Positions 17,115 to 24,761 of a DNA stretch of 27,333 bases are shown piece after piece; position 1 is the stretch's first letter, and each line of letters begins with the position of its first letter. The stretch comes from a virus (taxonomy: Duplodnaviria > Caudoviricetes), in IMG/VR virus record IMGVR_UViG_3300017700_000269, positions 1 through 27,333 of that record; one strand, 5' to 3'. The position numbers and the translations under genes are program-made. Below the pieces are notes generated by a model, which saw nothing but the letters and a program-made list of their open reading frames with translations, was not told the origin of the DNA and ran no database searches.

Positions 17115-19823
17115 ATGAAGAAAACCAACGCGATCGCGATCGTCTCGCTCCTGCTGTTCGGCACGGAGGCCGTGGCTCAGTCGTCTCCGAACCTGATCAC
17201 CGGCCAGGTGCCGACGGCGGCGCAGTGGAACAGCTACTTCCAGCGCAAGCAGGACGTCCTGAACTACACTCCGATCAACTCGGCCGGCGGCGTGTTCACC
17301 GGCAAGGTGACGACCGCTCCGTCGTCGGCGAGCGGGTCCGGCTTGAACGTTTCGCCTGGCACGGCGCCGAGCCTGCCGGCGAACGGCGACGTGTGGACGA
17401 CGACGGCCGGGATGTACGTCCGGATCAACGGCGTCACGATCGGGCCGCTGTCCAGCGGCGCGGCGGCGAGCTTCGCGGCGACGAACCCGCTCACGGTGTC
17501 GTTCCCGTCCAGCGTGACCACCTACGCCTGCCCGACCTGCGCGGTCACCACCGGCCCGCTGTCTCAGTTCGCGACCACCACCAGCGCGCAGCTCGCCTCG
17601 GTGCTGTCCGACGAGACCGGCACCGGGCCCGCGGTGTTCGGCACCGCGCCGGCGATCAACAACCCGACGATCGTCGGCGGCACCTACAGCGGGATGACCT
17701 CGCTCGGCATCCTCGCGTCGGGCGGAGGCGGTTTCAACGTCATCCTCGCCGACACCGAGGCCCTGACCGCCAACCGATCGCTGTTCTTCCGCGTCAACGA
17801 CGCCAGCCGACTGCTGGACCTCGGCGGGTCGATCGCGATCAGCGGCGATCTCTCGGTCACGGGATCGTTCGCGGCGACGCTGGCCTTGACCGGCGCGACC
17901 AACGTCACGCTGCCGACCACGGGCACGCTTGCGACGCGCGCCGGCGCCGAGGCGCTCACCAACAAAACCTACAACGGCAACACATGGACCGCGGGCACCG
18001 GCACGCTGACCCTCGGCGCAGGCAAGACGCTGACCGCTTCGAACACGCTGACCCTCACCGGTACCGACGGCAGCACGGCGGCGTTCGGCGCCGGCGGCAC
18101 GGTCGCCTATCTGGCGAACACGCTGAACGCGTTCGCCGCGACGACGTCGGCGCAGCTCGCCACGGTCATCTCGGACGAGACCGGGACGGGCGCGCTGGTG
18201 TTCGGCACCAACCCGGTCCTGACCACGCCGAACCTGGGGACGCCGTCCGCCGTCGTTCTGACGAACGCCACGGGGCTGCCGCTCGCGTCCGTGACCGGCC
18301 TGGGGACCGGCTGCGCGACATGGCTGGCCACGCCGTCGAGCGCCAACCTTCGTGGCTGCTTGACCGACGAGGTCGGCACCGGGGCTGCTTACTTCGTCGG
18401 CGGCGCGCTCGGCACACCGGCGTCGGCCACGCTGACGAACGGCACCGGCCTTCCCACCACCGGCCTGACAGGGACGCTGCAGGCCGCGCAGTTTCCGGCG
18501 CTGACCGGCGACGTCACGACCGTGGCCGGCGCGCTGGCATCGACCATCGCGAACAGCGCCGTCACCAACGCCAAGATGGCGACGATGACGACCGGGACCG
18601 TCAAGGCCAACGTATCGGGCAGCACCGGCGCGCCCGGCGACGTGTCCGTCAACGGCGTTCTCGAGAACGTCCTCGGCACGACGCAGGGCAGCATCGCTTA
18701 TCGAAACGCCAGCACCTGGACGTTTCTACCTCCCGGCACAAGCGGCCAGATGCTGCAGACCGCCGGCGCGGCCGCGAACGTCGGGTGGAGCACCACGGTC
18801 TATCCGGCGAGCGGGACGTCGGGAGGAATCCCGTACTACAGCTCGACCACGACCATCGCGTCCTCGGCTGCGCTGACGCAGTACGGCTTGATCTACGGCG
18901 GCGGTGCCGGCGCAGCTCCTGTCGCGGCGGCGGCTATGACCAACGGGCAGATCATGGTGGGCCAAACCGGCGCTGCGCCGGTGCCACGTACCATGTCGGG
19001 TGACTGCACGTTCGCGGCGTCCGGGGCGATCACCTGCTCGGCATCTGGCGGTCGCATCAAGCTGACGGGCAACGCCAACTATTACGTCAACGACACGGGC
19101 GGCAGCGACAGCAACGATTGCCTCACGGGCGGAACACCGTGCAAAACTGTCCAGGGCGCCTACAACAAGCTGATCCAGCTCGACTTCAACGCCTACAACG
19201 TGACCGTTAACGTGGCAGACGGCAACTACACGACCCCTTTTGTTGCGATCCAGCCGCAAACGGGAGGGGGTATCCTCTCGATGGTCGGCAACACCACGAC
19301 CCCGGCGAACGTCGTGATGAACGCGACCGCCAACAACATGATTGACATACAGAACGGCGCGAGGATCACCATCAACGGGATGGAGCTCCGCACGACGACG
19401 AGCGGCTACTGCATCAAGGCGTCCAACTACGCGGTCGTCACGTTCGGCCCGAACATGCGCTTCGGTTCGGCGGGATCTGGCCACATGCAAGCGAGCGCGT
19501 TCGGCAAGATCATCACGTCCGGCGGCGGCTACGTCATCAGCGGCGGGGCAAACTATCATCTGCTGGCTCTGGCGCAGGGCCAGATCGAGTTGGGCTACCT
19601 CGGGACCGTCACCTTGAGCGGCACGCCCGCGTTCGCCGTGGCTTTCGCTTACGCGGGAAACCTGTCGCTTGTTTCTGTGCCCGGCATCACATGGTCGGGC
19701 GCGGCCACCGGCGTTCGCTACATCGGACTTGGCAACGCTGTGATAGACACCAACGGCAGCGGAGCCAGCTATCTTCCTGGCAACGCTGCTGGTAGCGTCT
19801 CGACCGGGGCGCAGTATCTCTAA
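17115..19823 (+). CDS. Long fibre/adhesin-like protein with signal peptide and C-terminal beta-helix-like domain
   Basis: 902 aa from ATG 17115 (TTG 17106 is an alternative), Thr/Gly/Ala-rich with two SDETGTG repeats. YYVN..GGSDSNDCL....PCKTVQGA opens a pectin-lyase-like region; ends YLPGNAAGSVSTGAQYL. Confidence 0.8.
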   Translation: MKKTNAIAIVSLLLFGTEAVAQSSPNLITGQVPTAAQWNSYFQRKQDVLNYTPINSAGGVFTGKVTTAPSSASGSGLNVSPGTAPSLPANGDVWTTTAGMYVRINGVTIGPLSSGAAASFAATNPLTVSFPSSVTTYACPTCAVTTGPLSQFATTTSAQLASVLSDETGTGPAVFGTAPAINNPTIVGGTYSGMTSLGILASGGGGFNVILADTEALTANRSLFFRVNDASRLLDLGGSIAISGDLSVTGSFAATLALTGATNVTLPTTGTLATRAGAEALTNKTYNGNTWTAGTGTLTLGAGKTLTASNTLTLTGTDGSTAAFGAGGTVAYLANTLNAFAATTSAQLATVISDETGTGALVFGTNPVLTTPNLGTPSAVVLTNATGLPLASVTGLGTGCATWLATPSSANLRGCLTDEVGTGAAYFVGGALGTPASATLTNGTGLPTTGLTGTLQAAQFPALTGDVTTVAGALASTIANSAVTNAKMATMTTGTVKANVSGSTGAPGDVSVNGVLENVLGTTQGSIAYRNASTWTFLPPGTSGQMLQTAGAAANVGWSTTVYPASGTSGGIPYYSSTTTIASSAALTQYGLIYGGGAGAAPVAAAAMTNGQIMVGQTGAAPVPRTMSGDCTFAASGAITCSASGGRIKLTGNANYYVNDTGGSDSNDCLTGGTPCKTVQGAYNKLIQLDFNAYNVTVNVADGNYTTPFVAIQPQTGGGILSMVGNTTTPANVVMNATANNMIDIQNGARITINGMELRTTTSGYCIKASNYAVVTFGPNMRFGSAGSGHMQASAFGKIITSGGGYVISGGANYHLLALAQGQIELGYLGTVTLSGTPAFAVAFAYAGNLSLVSVPGITWSGAATGVRYIGLGNAVIDTNGSGASYLPGNAAGSVSTGAQYL

Positions 19824-19843
19824 CAACAACAGGACGGCATCAC

Positions 19844-20467
19844 ATGATCATGCGAAGACTATCCATTCTCGCCATCGCGGCGTCGATGCTCGTGAGCCAG
19901 GCTCACGCCGCTTGCGAGAACTTCGTCGGGATGAACATCGCCGGCTCGGGCGGCGGCGGCTACAACTTTTCACAGATATGGAACCCGGCGACGTCCGGCA
20001 AAAAGCTTCTGGTCAGCACCATCGTCTTCGCGGCGGTGTCGTGGGAGCAGGTTCCGAAGTGCGGAGCGATCTGGAACGAGGGCGTCAGGAACGACCCCGT
20101 CACCGGCTCCGTCGTCAAGTTTCCCCTGACCGGTCAGTACGAGTTGACCTGCACTCGGGGGGCTGATCTTGTGATTGAAACGGTCCCGAAAACAACCCTG
20201 GAAACGAACGCGGCTCGGTGCAAAGACGTTGCCGACACCGCGCTCGGCGCCGCCGAATTTCGGGTCGAGCACGTTCCAGCTTCGGGGGTGACGGGCGTTC
20301 GGCCGATCTATGAAATGTGGCCGGGAAAAAACGAGGACGACCGGACCTACACGTTCGACCCGCCGTTGACGCTGTCTCCCGGCACGGGGCTGTCGGTTCG
20401 CGGCGCGCAGCCGAACCTGATCGTGGTCACGTCCTGGCAGTGGAAAGAGTTGCCGATCTCACCATGA
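19844..20467 (+). CDS. Signal-peptide-bearing beta-sandwich-like protein, function unknown
   Basis: SD AGGA; 207 aa. N-terminus MIMRRLSILAIAASMLVSQAHA|A, 4 Cys, segments QIWNP..SGKKLLV and PL.LSPGTGLSV. Confidence 0.75.
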   Translation: MIMRRLSILAIAASMLVSQAHAACENFVGMNIAGSGGGGYNFSQIWNPATSGKKLLVSTIVFAAVSWEQVPKCGAIWNEGVRNDPVTGSVVKFPLTGQYELTCTRGADLVIETVPKTTLETNAARCKDVADTALGAAEFRVEHVPASGVTGVRPIYEMWPGKNEDDRTYTFDPPLTLSPGTGLSVRGAQPNLIVVTSWQWKELPISP

Positions 20468-20495
20468 CGACCTGATGCTTCTGTGCGATAGATCG

Positions 20496-20527
20496 GGGCG
20501 TGGCGCGAGCCGCGCCCTTTTCTTTTT
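20496..20527 (+). terminator. Intrinsic terminator between tail and lysis modules
   Basis: Stem GGGCGTGGC, GCGA tetraloop, GCCGCGCCC, then TTTTCTTTTT. Confidence 0.85.
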
Positions 20528-20547
20528 CAGCCAGAGGTAGGTCGAAC

Positions 20548-21363
20548 ATGACGATCGAAACATCCGTTGGAAGCAAACTCTATCGACAAAACTCGTCGGG
20601 CCCGGTGGTGCAGGAGATCCAGCTCGGCCTGCGCGCCGTCGGCTACAAGCTGTCCGGAACGAGCTTCTTCGGCCCGGCGACGAACACCGCGGTCAGGTCG
20701 TTTCAGCGGTCCGCCGGACTGACCGTCGACGGCGTGGTCGGCGGCGTGACAGCTCGAGCGATCGACGTCGCCGTGGCCACGCCGAACGCGACGGGCGCCG
20801 TGATCAACATCAGCAGCAGCATCGTCCTGCCGGCGGCGCAGATCCAGCGCGCGCTCTGGTTCGAGGCCGGCATGAACCTGCTCGGCGTGAAAGAGTTCGC
20901 CGGATCTCGCGACAACCCGATCATCATCGACTGGGCCAAAGACGAGGGCGGCGACGTCGCCAAGGTCTACACGCACGACAGCATCGCGTGGTGCGCCCTG
21001 TTCGCCAACCACACGCTGACGAAGGTCGGCCTCGAGGGGACGGAGACGCTGTGGGCGCTCGACTTCGCGAACCCGAAGAAATGGCCGTGCTTGCGCCTGG
21101 ACGGCCCGGCCGTCGGCGCGTTCGCTCCCATGCTGCGCGACGGCGGCGGCCACATCACCATCGTCGCAGGGAAAGACCAGCACGGCAACGTCATGGGCCT
21201 GGGCGGCAACCAATCCGACGCGGTGACGATCGCACCGTTCGCCGTGTCCCGGCTGAACAAAGGCTATTGGTGGCCCGCCGGCGTTCCCCTCCCCGACCGG
21301 ACCGGGATGACGCATCTGCCGGTGATCAGCAGCAGCGGCAAGATATCGTCCGACGAAGCCTGA
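20548..21363 (+). CDS. Endolysin: peptidoglycan-binding domain plus TIGR02594/CHAP-like amidase-peptidase
   Basis: ATG 20548 with SD GAGG; 271 aa. PG-binding motif FGPATNTAVRSFQRSAGLTVDGVVGGVT; catalytic motifs AWCALF, GHITIV and LGGNQSD. Confidence 0.88.
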   Translation: MTIETSVGSKLYRQNSSGPVVQEIQLGLRAVGYKLSGTSFFGPATNTAVRSFQRSAGLTVDGVVGGVTARAIDVAVATPNATGAVINISSSIVLPAAQIQRALWFEAGMNLLGVKEFAGSRDNPIIIDWAKDEGGDVAKVYTHDSIAWCALFANHTLTKVGLEGTETLWALDFANPKKWPCLRLDGPAVGAFAPMLRDGGGHITIVAGKDQHGNVMGLGGNQSDAVTIAPFAVSRLNKGYWWPAGVPLPDRTGMTHLPVISSSGKISSDEA

Positions 21364-21441
21364 GCGGAACCGCACTTTTTTGGTGCGCTCGCCTCCCGGT
21401 TGATGCTACGTCCGATCAGCATCAACCGGAGACCCGGCCTC

Positions 21442-21948
21442 ATGTGGCTTCCCAGCAGAAAACAGGTCGACACCGCCACCAGGTACGCCGGCGTCGTGGC
21501 CGGTACCGCGTTCACGATCTTCGGTCTCCAGGCCAAGGGCTTCGACCTTCAGCAGGCGCAGACGTTCATCACGCAGCTCGGCGACACGCTGAACACGGTC
21601 GTGACTCTGATCGGCGCCGGCGCGGTTCTCTACGGGTCGATCCGCGGCGTCAACGCCGCCAGCCCGACCAACCAGATCGCGTCCGTCAACGAGATCGCGG
21701 CGGACCCGTCGAAGGCCGACAGCGACTCCGCGAAGATCGCCCTGCTCAACGCCACCGGCGCCGTCCTGGCGCAGCCCTACGCCGGCAACGGAGCGATGAC
21801 GATCGCGTCCCAGGAAACGAAGACCGCGCTCCTCGACGCGACCGCGGCCATGCCCGAGGTCGTCGGCACCATCGAGGTGACCGATCCCGCGCTCGTCCAG
21901 TCCACCGTAAGCAACCAGGTCGTCAAAACAGGAGGGATGCCAAATTGA
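21442..21948 (+). CDS. Membrane protein of the lysis cassette (holin- or i-spanin-like)
   Basis: SD GGAG at 21428-21431; 168 aa. Two hydrophobic stretches (YAGVVAGTAFTIFGL and VVTLIGAGAVLYG); follows the endolysin. Confidence 0.6.
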   Translation: MWLPSRKQVDTATRYAGVVAGTAFTIFGLQAKGFDLQQAQTFITQLGDTLNTVVTLIGAGAVLYGSIRGVNAASPTNQIASVNEIAADPSKADSDSAKIALLNATGAVLAQPYAGNGAMTIASQETKTALLDATAAMPEVVGTIEVTDPALVQSTVSNQVVKTGGMPN

Positions 21949-22388
21949 GAACGCTTAGATCAATCGCCGTCGTCGCCGCGCTCGCGCTGTCGCTCGGCGG
22001 GTGCGCGGGGCTGCAGAAGGTCAGCGACGCCGTCGGCTTCGTCACCAGCGCGGCGGCCGCCGTCGAGAACGTTCAGGTCTCCCCGGAGATGGTCCTGATC
22101 GCCAGCAACTCGTTCGACGCGGTCCAGGTCACCGCGACGAACTATCTGCGCCTGAAGCGATGCACGGGGACCAACGGACCTTTGTGCCGAGATCCGGCTT
22201 ACACTCCGACGATCATCGCGACGGTCAAGGCCGGCCGCGTTGCCCGTGACGACCTGCAGAAGTTCATGCGGGACAACCCCGGGTCGCTCGGCAAGACCGG
22301 TCTCTACAACGCGCTGGTCCAGTCGATCGGCACGATCAAAGAGATGGTGGCGACCTACGCCGCCGCAACAGAAGGAGCGAAGCCTTGA
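21945..22388 (+). CDS. Lipoprotein (o-spanin-like candidate)
   Basis: TTG 21945 with SD AGGAGG. Signal MRTLRSIAVVAALALSLGG|C has a lipobox; 147 aa with internal Cys pair RCTGTNGPLC. Confidence 0.75.
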   Translation: MRTLRSIAVVAALALSLGGCAGLQKVSDAVGFVTSAAAAVENVQVSPEMVLIASNSFDAVQVTATNYLRLKRCTGTNGPLCRDPAYTPTIIATVKAGRVARDDLQKFMRDNPGSLGKTGLYNALVQSIGTIKEMVATYAAATEGAKP

Positions 22389-22714
22389 ACCTGGAACAGA
22401 TGCTCCCGCTCGGCCTGAGCTTCCTGCAGGCCGCCCTGCCGTCCATCTCGAAGTTGTTCGGCGCCGAGAAGACGGCGTTCGTCACCAAGGCGGTCGACTT
22501 CGTCGTCGAGGCCGCCCCGATCGTCGCCAAGCAGTACAAGGATCTGAAGCCGGTGGTGCAGAACGTCATCATGGTGCTGAAGTCGGATCCGAGCACTCAC
22601 ATGGCGCAGCTGGACGCCCTCGAGGCGGCGGAGGTCGCGCTCGACAAGGACTTCGACGACGCCGCCGCGGCCGCGATCGCCGAAGATGCCGCGGCAGCCA
22701 AGCCGCAGACGTGA
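22385..22714 (+). CDS. Hypothetical amphipathic helical protein
   Basis: TTGA overlap and SD AAGGAG; 109 aa with phage-like codon usage. Confidence 0.7.
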   Translation: MNLEQMLPLGLSFLQAALPSISKLFGAEKTAFVTKAVDFVVEAAPIVAKQYKDLKPVVQNVIMVLKSDPSTHMAQLDALEAAEVALDKDFDDAAAAAIAEDAAAAKPQT

Positions 22715-22732
22715 ACCGGTCGGAGGCCGGCT

Positions 22733-23008
22733 ATGACCGAGATAGCCGGCCTGGTCGAGCTGCTGCAGAAAGGTGGCCCGTGGGCCATCGTGGTTCTTCT
22801 AGCGCTGGTGATCAGATGGCAAGAGAAGCGTTACGACGCCATCCAGGAGAAACGAGTTTCGGAGGGTGTTTCCAATGGAGCGACGGCCAGATCCTGCGCG
22901 GACGCTCTTTTGAAGGTCCACTCGGTGGCGGTGGCCGCCGACGCTCAGATGGCAGCCACGAACCTGCGGCTCAAGAAGTACCTCAAGAGCGACACGGAGG
23001 TCGGTTGA
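22733..23008 (+). CDS. Single-TM protein, holin-like candidate
   Basis: SD GGAGG; 91 aa, GGPWAIVVLLALVIRW followed by a charged helical region. Confidence 0.6.
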   Translation: MTEIAGLVELLQKGGPWAIVVLLALVIRWQEKRYDAIQEKRVSEGVSNGATARSCADALLKVHSVAVAADAQMAATNLRLKKYLKSDTEVG

Positions 23009-23205
23009 TGTCGCCGCTGACCAAGGTGATCCGAACGATCCTGTTCCTTCCCGTAGAGGAAGCCGAGATCCGCGAGCGACGCGTCGCCGAGGTCGAGAAC
23101 ATAGCTGCCCAAGCCAGGAACGACAGCAACGTCCTCCTCGGGATGATCCAAGGGCAAACAGAAAACCTGAAGCGGACCTTCGACACGCTTTTGGAGAGAA
23201 CGTGA
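23008..23205 (+). CDS. Hypothetical 65-aa coiled-coil protein
   Basis: SD GGAGG, TGATG coupling upstream and GTGA coupling downstream. Sequence MSPLTKVIRTILFLPVEEAEIRERR... Confidence 0.7.
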   Translation: MSPLTKVIRTILFLPVEEAEIRERRVAEVENIAAQARNDSNVLLGMIQGQTENLKRTFDTLLERT

Positions 23206-23705
23206 AGATGGAGACCGTGAACAAAAAACGCTTCACCTGGCTGTTCATCCTCCCCAACGTCCTGTTCGCACTGATCGCCTACTTCACCGACGCTGCGCCG
23301 CTGGTCGTGATGCTCAACTTCGCGCTCGTCGCGCTGTGGGCGGGCGTGTGCGTGGCCTACCTTCCGCCGGTGCTGCAGATCATCGTCGACCTCCGCCCGC
23401 TCGACCGCGCCGACGTGCTCGCGCTCGGCATCTTCTTCTCGGCTCTGTCGACGGTCGTCATCCGAACGTGGTCGATCGTGTGGCGCCTGCTCGGTCAGCC
23501 CCGATGGCTGCTGGAGACCGACATCGTCAGCTACGCCCTGTACACCAGCGTCATCGCCGCGGTCTGCCACCTGGCCGCGCCGGGCGGCGTGAACGACCGA
23601 GTCCCGCAGCGCCGGTGGGTCAACATCGGCGCGTGGGTAGCGATGCTTCTGTTCGCCGGGCTCATGGTCACGTTCCTCGTCACCGGCGAAACAGGCGTGC
23701 CTTGA
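23202..23705 (+). CDS. Polytopic membrane protein (about 5 TM segments)
   Basis: 167 aa (start GTG 23202 or ATG 23208) with five long hydrophobic stretches; last gene of the + strand operon. Confidence 0.75.
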   Translation: MKMETVNKKRFTWLFILPNVLFALIAYFTDAAPLVVMLNFALVALWAGVCVAYLPPVLQIIVDLRPLDRADVLALGIFFSALSTVVIRTWSIVWRLLGQPRWLLETDIVSYALYTSVIAAVCHLAAPGGVNDRVPQRRWVNIGAWVAMLLFAGLMVTFLVTGETGVP

Positions 23706-23715
23706 TGACCGTCGG

Positions 23716-24555
23716 CTAGAACGCCGCAGCCTTGCGGATCTCGTCGTCGATGTAGACGTCGAGGTGGCCCTCGTTGATGACGACGTTCGCAGGCGTCATC
23801 CCCGCGAACACGCCGCCTTTGACGATCGTTTCCAGATCGCGCGAACGCAGCCATCGGTACCGCGCCGCGTCAGCGGCGAACCCCCTGTCGACCTGGTCGC
23901 TGATCTTCTCGTACCGCCCGTCGTAGAAGTCGGCCGCCGGCCGCGCCCAAAGCGTGCCGTCCTCCTCGGCCCTGTAGAAGACGACGGGCGTTCCCGGCGC
24001 GATCCGGCCCTGCACCTTCGCGTGTTTCCCGAGCTTCGCGCAGTAGATCAGCGCCGCGCTTGTGAGGTGCGGACCCTCGGCGACGAACTCGTTGGCGAAC
24101 TCCATGCAGACGGTGCGGTAAGTGGTCCGACGCTTGACGTGTCGGTACCATCCGTCGGCGCCGGCGTGCATCGCGGCGATCGCGGCCAGCGCGGCCTCGT
24201 TGTCGTGCGCGCAGCCGATCTCGTCGTAGATGTCGGACAGGACGCGGTTCAGCGTGTCGGCGTTGAACAACGCGACACGGTCAAGATGGCCGTTCTCGGC
24301 TGGAACGAACGCGACGTCGGGACCGAGGCCGCGCTCGAAGTAAGCGTGCGTGGCGTCGACGCAGACGAGGCGCCAGCCGTCGATCGCCTCGGCCTGGATC
24401 ATCGCGACGGGAGAGATCCTCGGCCCCGTCACCGGCAGCGAGAACGTGTGGCCGTTGGGGTTAGGCTGCTCGGTCGTGAACCCGTGGGTGAAAACGGAGC
24501 GACCGGCGAAACTCATCGGCGGCAGCGGCAGCGCGACCTCCTTGTACTCCATCAT
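23716..24555 (-). CDS. Mosaic hypothetical protein with DUF1653-like segment and DAARYRWLR motif
   Basis: ATG 24555 (ATGA overlap, SD AAGGA); 279 aa. Contains YRHVKRRTTY...VVFYRAEEDGTLWARP..DF.DGRY and DAARYRWLR. Confidence 0.7.
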   Translation of the reverse strand: MMEYKEVALPLPPMSFAGRSVFTHGFTTEQPNPNGHTFSLPVTGPRISPVAMIQAEAIDGWRLVCVDATHAYFERGLGPDVAFVPAENGHLDRVALFNADTLNRVLSDIYDEIGCAHDNEAALAAIAAMHAGADGWYRHVKRRTTYRTVCMEFANEFVAEGPHLTSAALIYCAKLGKHAKVQGRIAPGTPVVFYRAEEDGTLWARPAADFYDGRYEKISDQVDRGFAADAARYRWLRSRDLETIVKGGVFAGMTPANVVINEGHLDVYIDDEIRKAAAF

Positions 24556-24761
24556 GGCTTCTTTCCTTTGCTCATGGCGAACGTGAGAACGCAGGCCGGA
24601 CAGGCGTTCGCCCATTTTCCGTCGGGGCCTTTGAACGTGCGCCATCCGGCGACGCGGGACATGGCGACGGCCGCGCCGAACTCGACCAGGCCGGTCTCGA
24701 TGTCCTCGGGACACTCGTCGCAGTAGATGACGTGGACCTCGCCGTCTTTCTTGACCGTCAC
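24552..24761 (-). CDS. Small zinc-ribbon protein (69 aa)
   Basis: GTGA overlap with the upstream gene. Sequence IYCDEC...AGWR......W...CPAC. Confidence 0.75.
   Translation of the reverse strand: MTVKKDGEVHVIYCDECPEDIETGLVEFGAAVAMSRVAGWRTFKGPDGKWANACPACVLTFAMSKGKKP

Noticed and set aside
17225-19003. 592-aa Arg-rich alternative-frame ORF and other Arg/Pro-rich same-strand ORFs
   Set aside because: They are off-frame reads of GC-rich genes with no SD or domain evidence.
15172-20467. Diversity-generating retroelement or invertible fibre cassette
   Set aside because: No reverse transcriptase, invertase, near-identical template repeat or flanking inverted sites were seen in this window.
21364-21381. 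GCGGAACCGC followed by a T-run after the endolysin, a possible terminator
   Set aside because: The stem is only 3-4 bp, too weak to call.
23700-23720. Junction of the converging operons as a terminator or att site
   Set aside because: It is a 10-nt gap with no hairpin or repeat.
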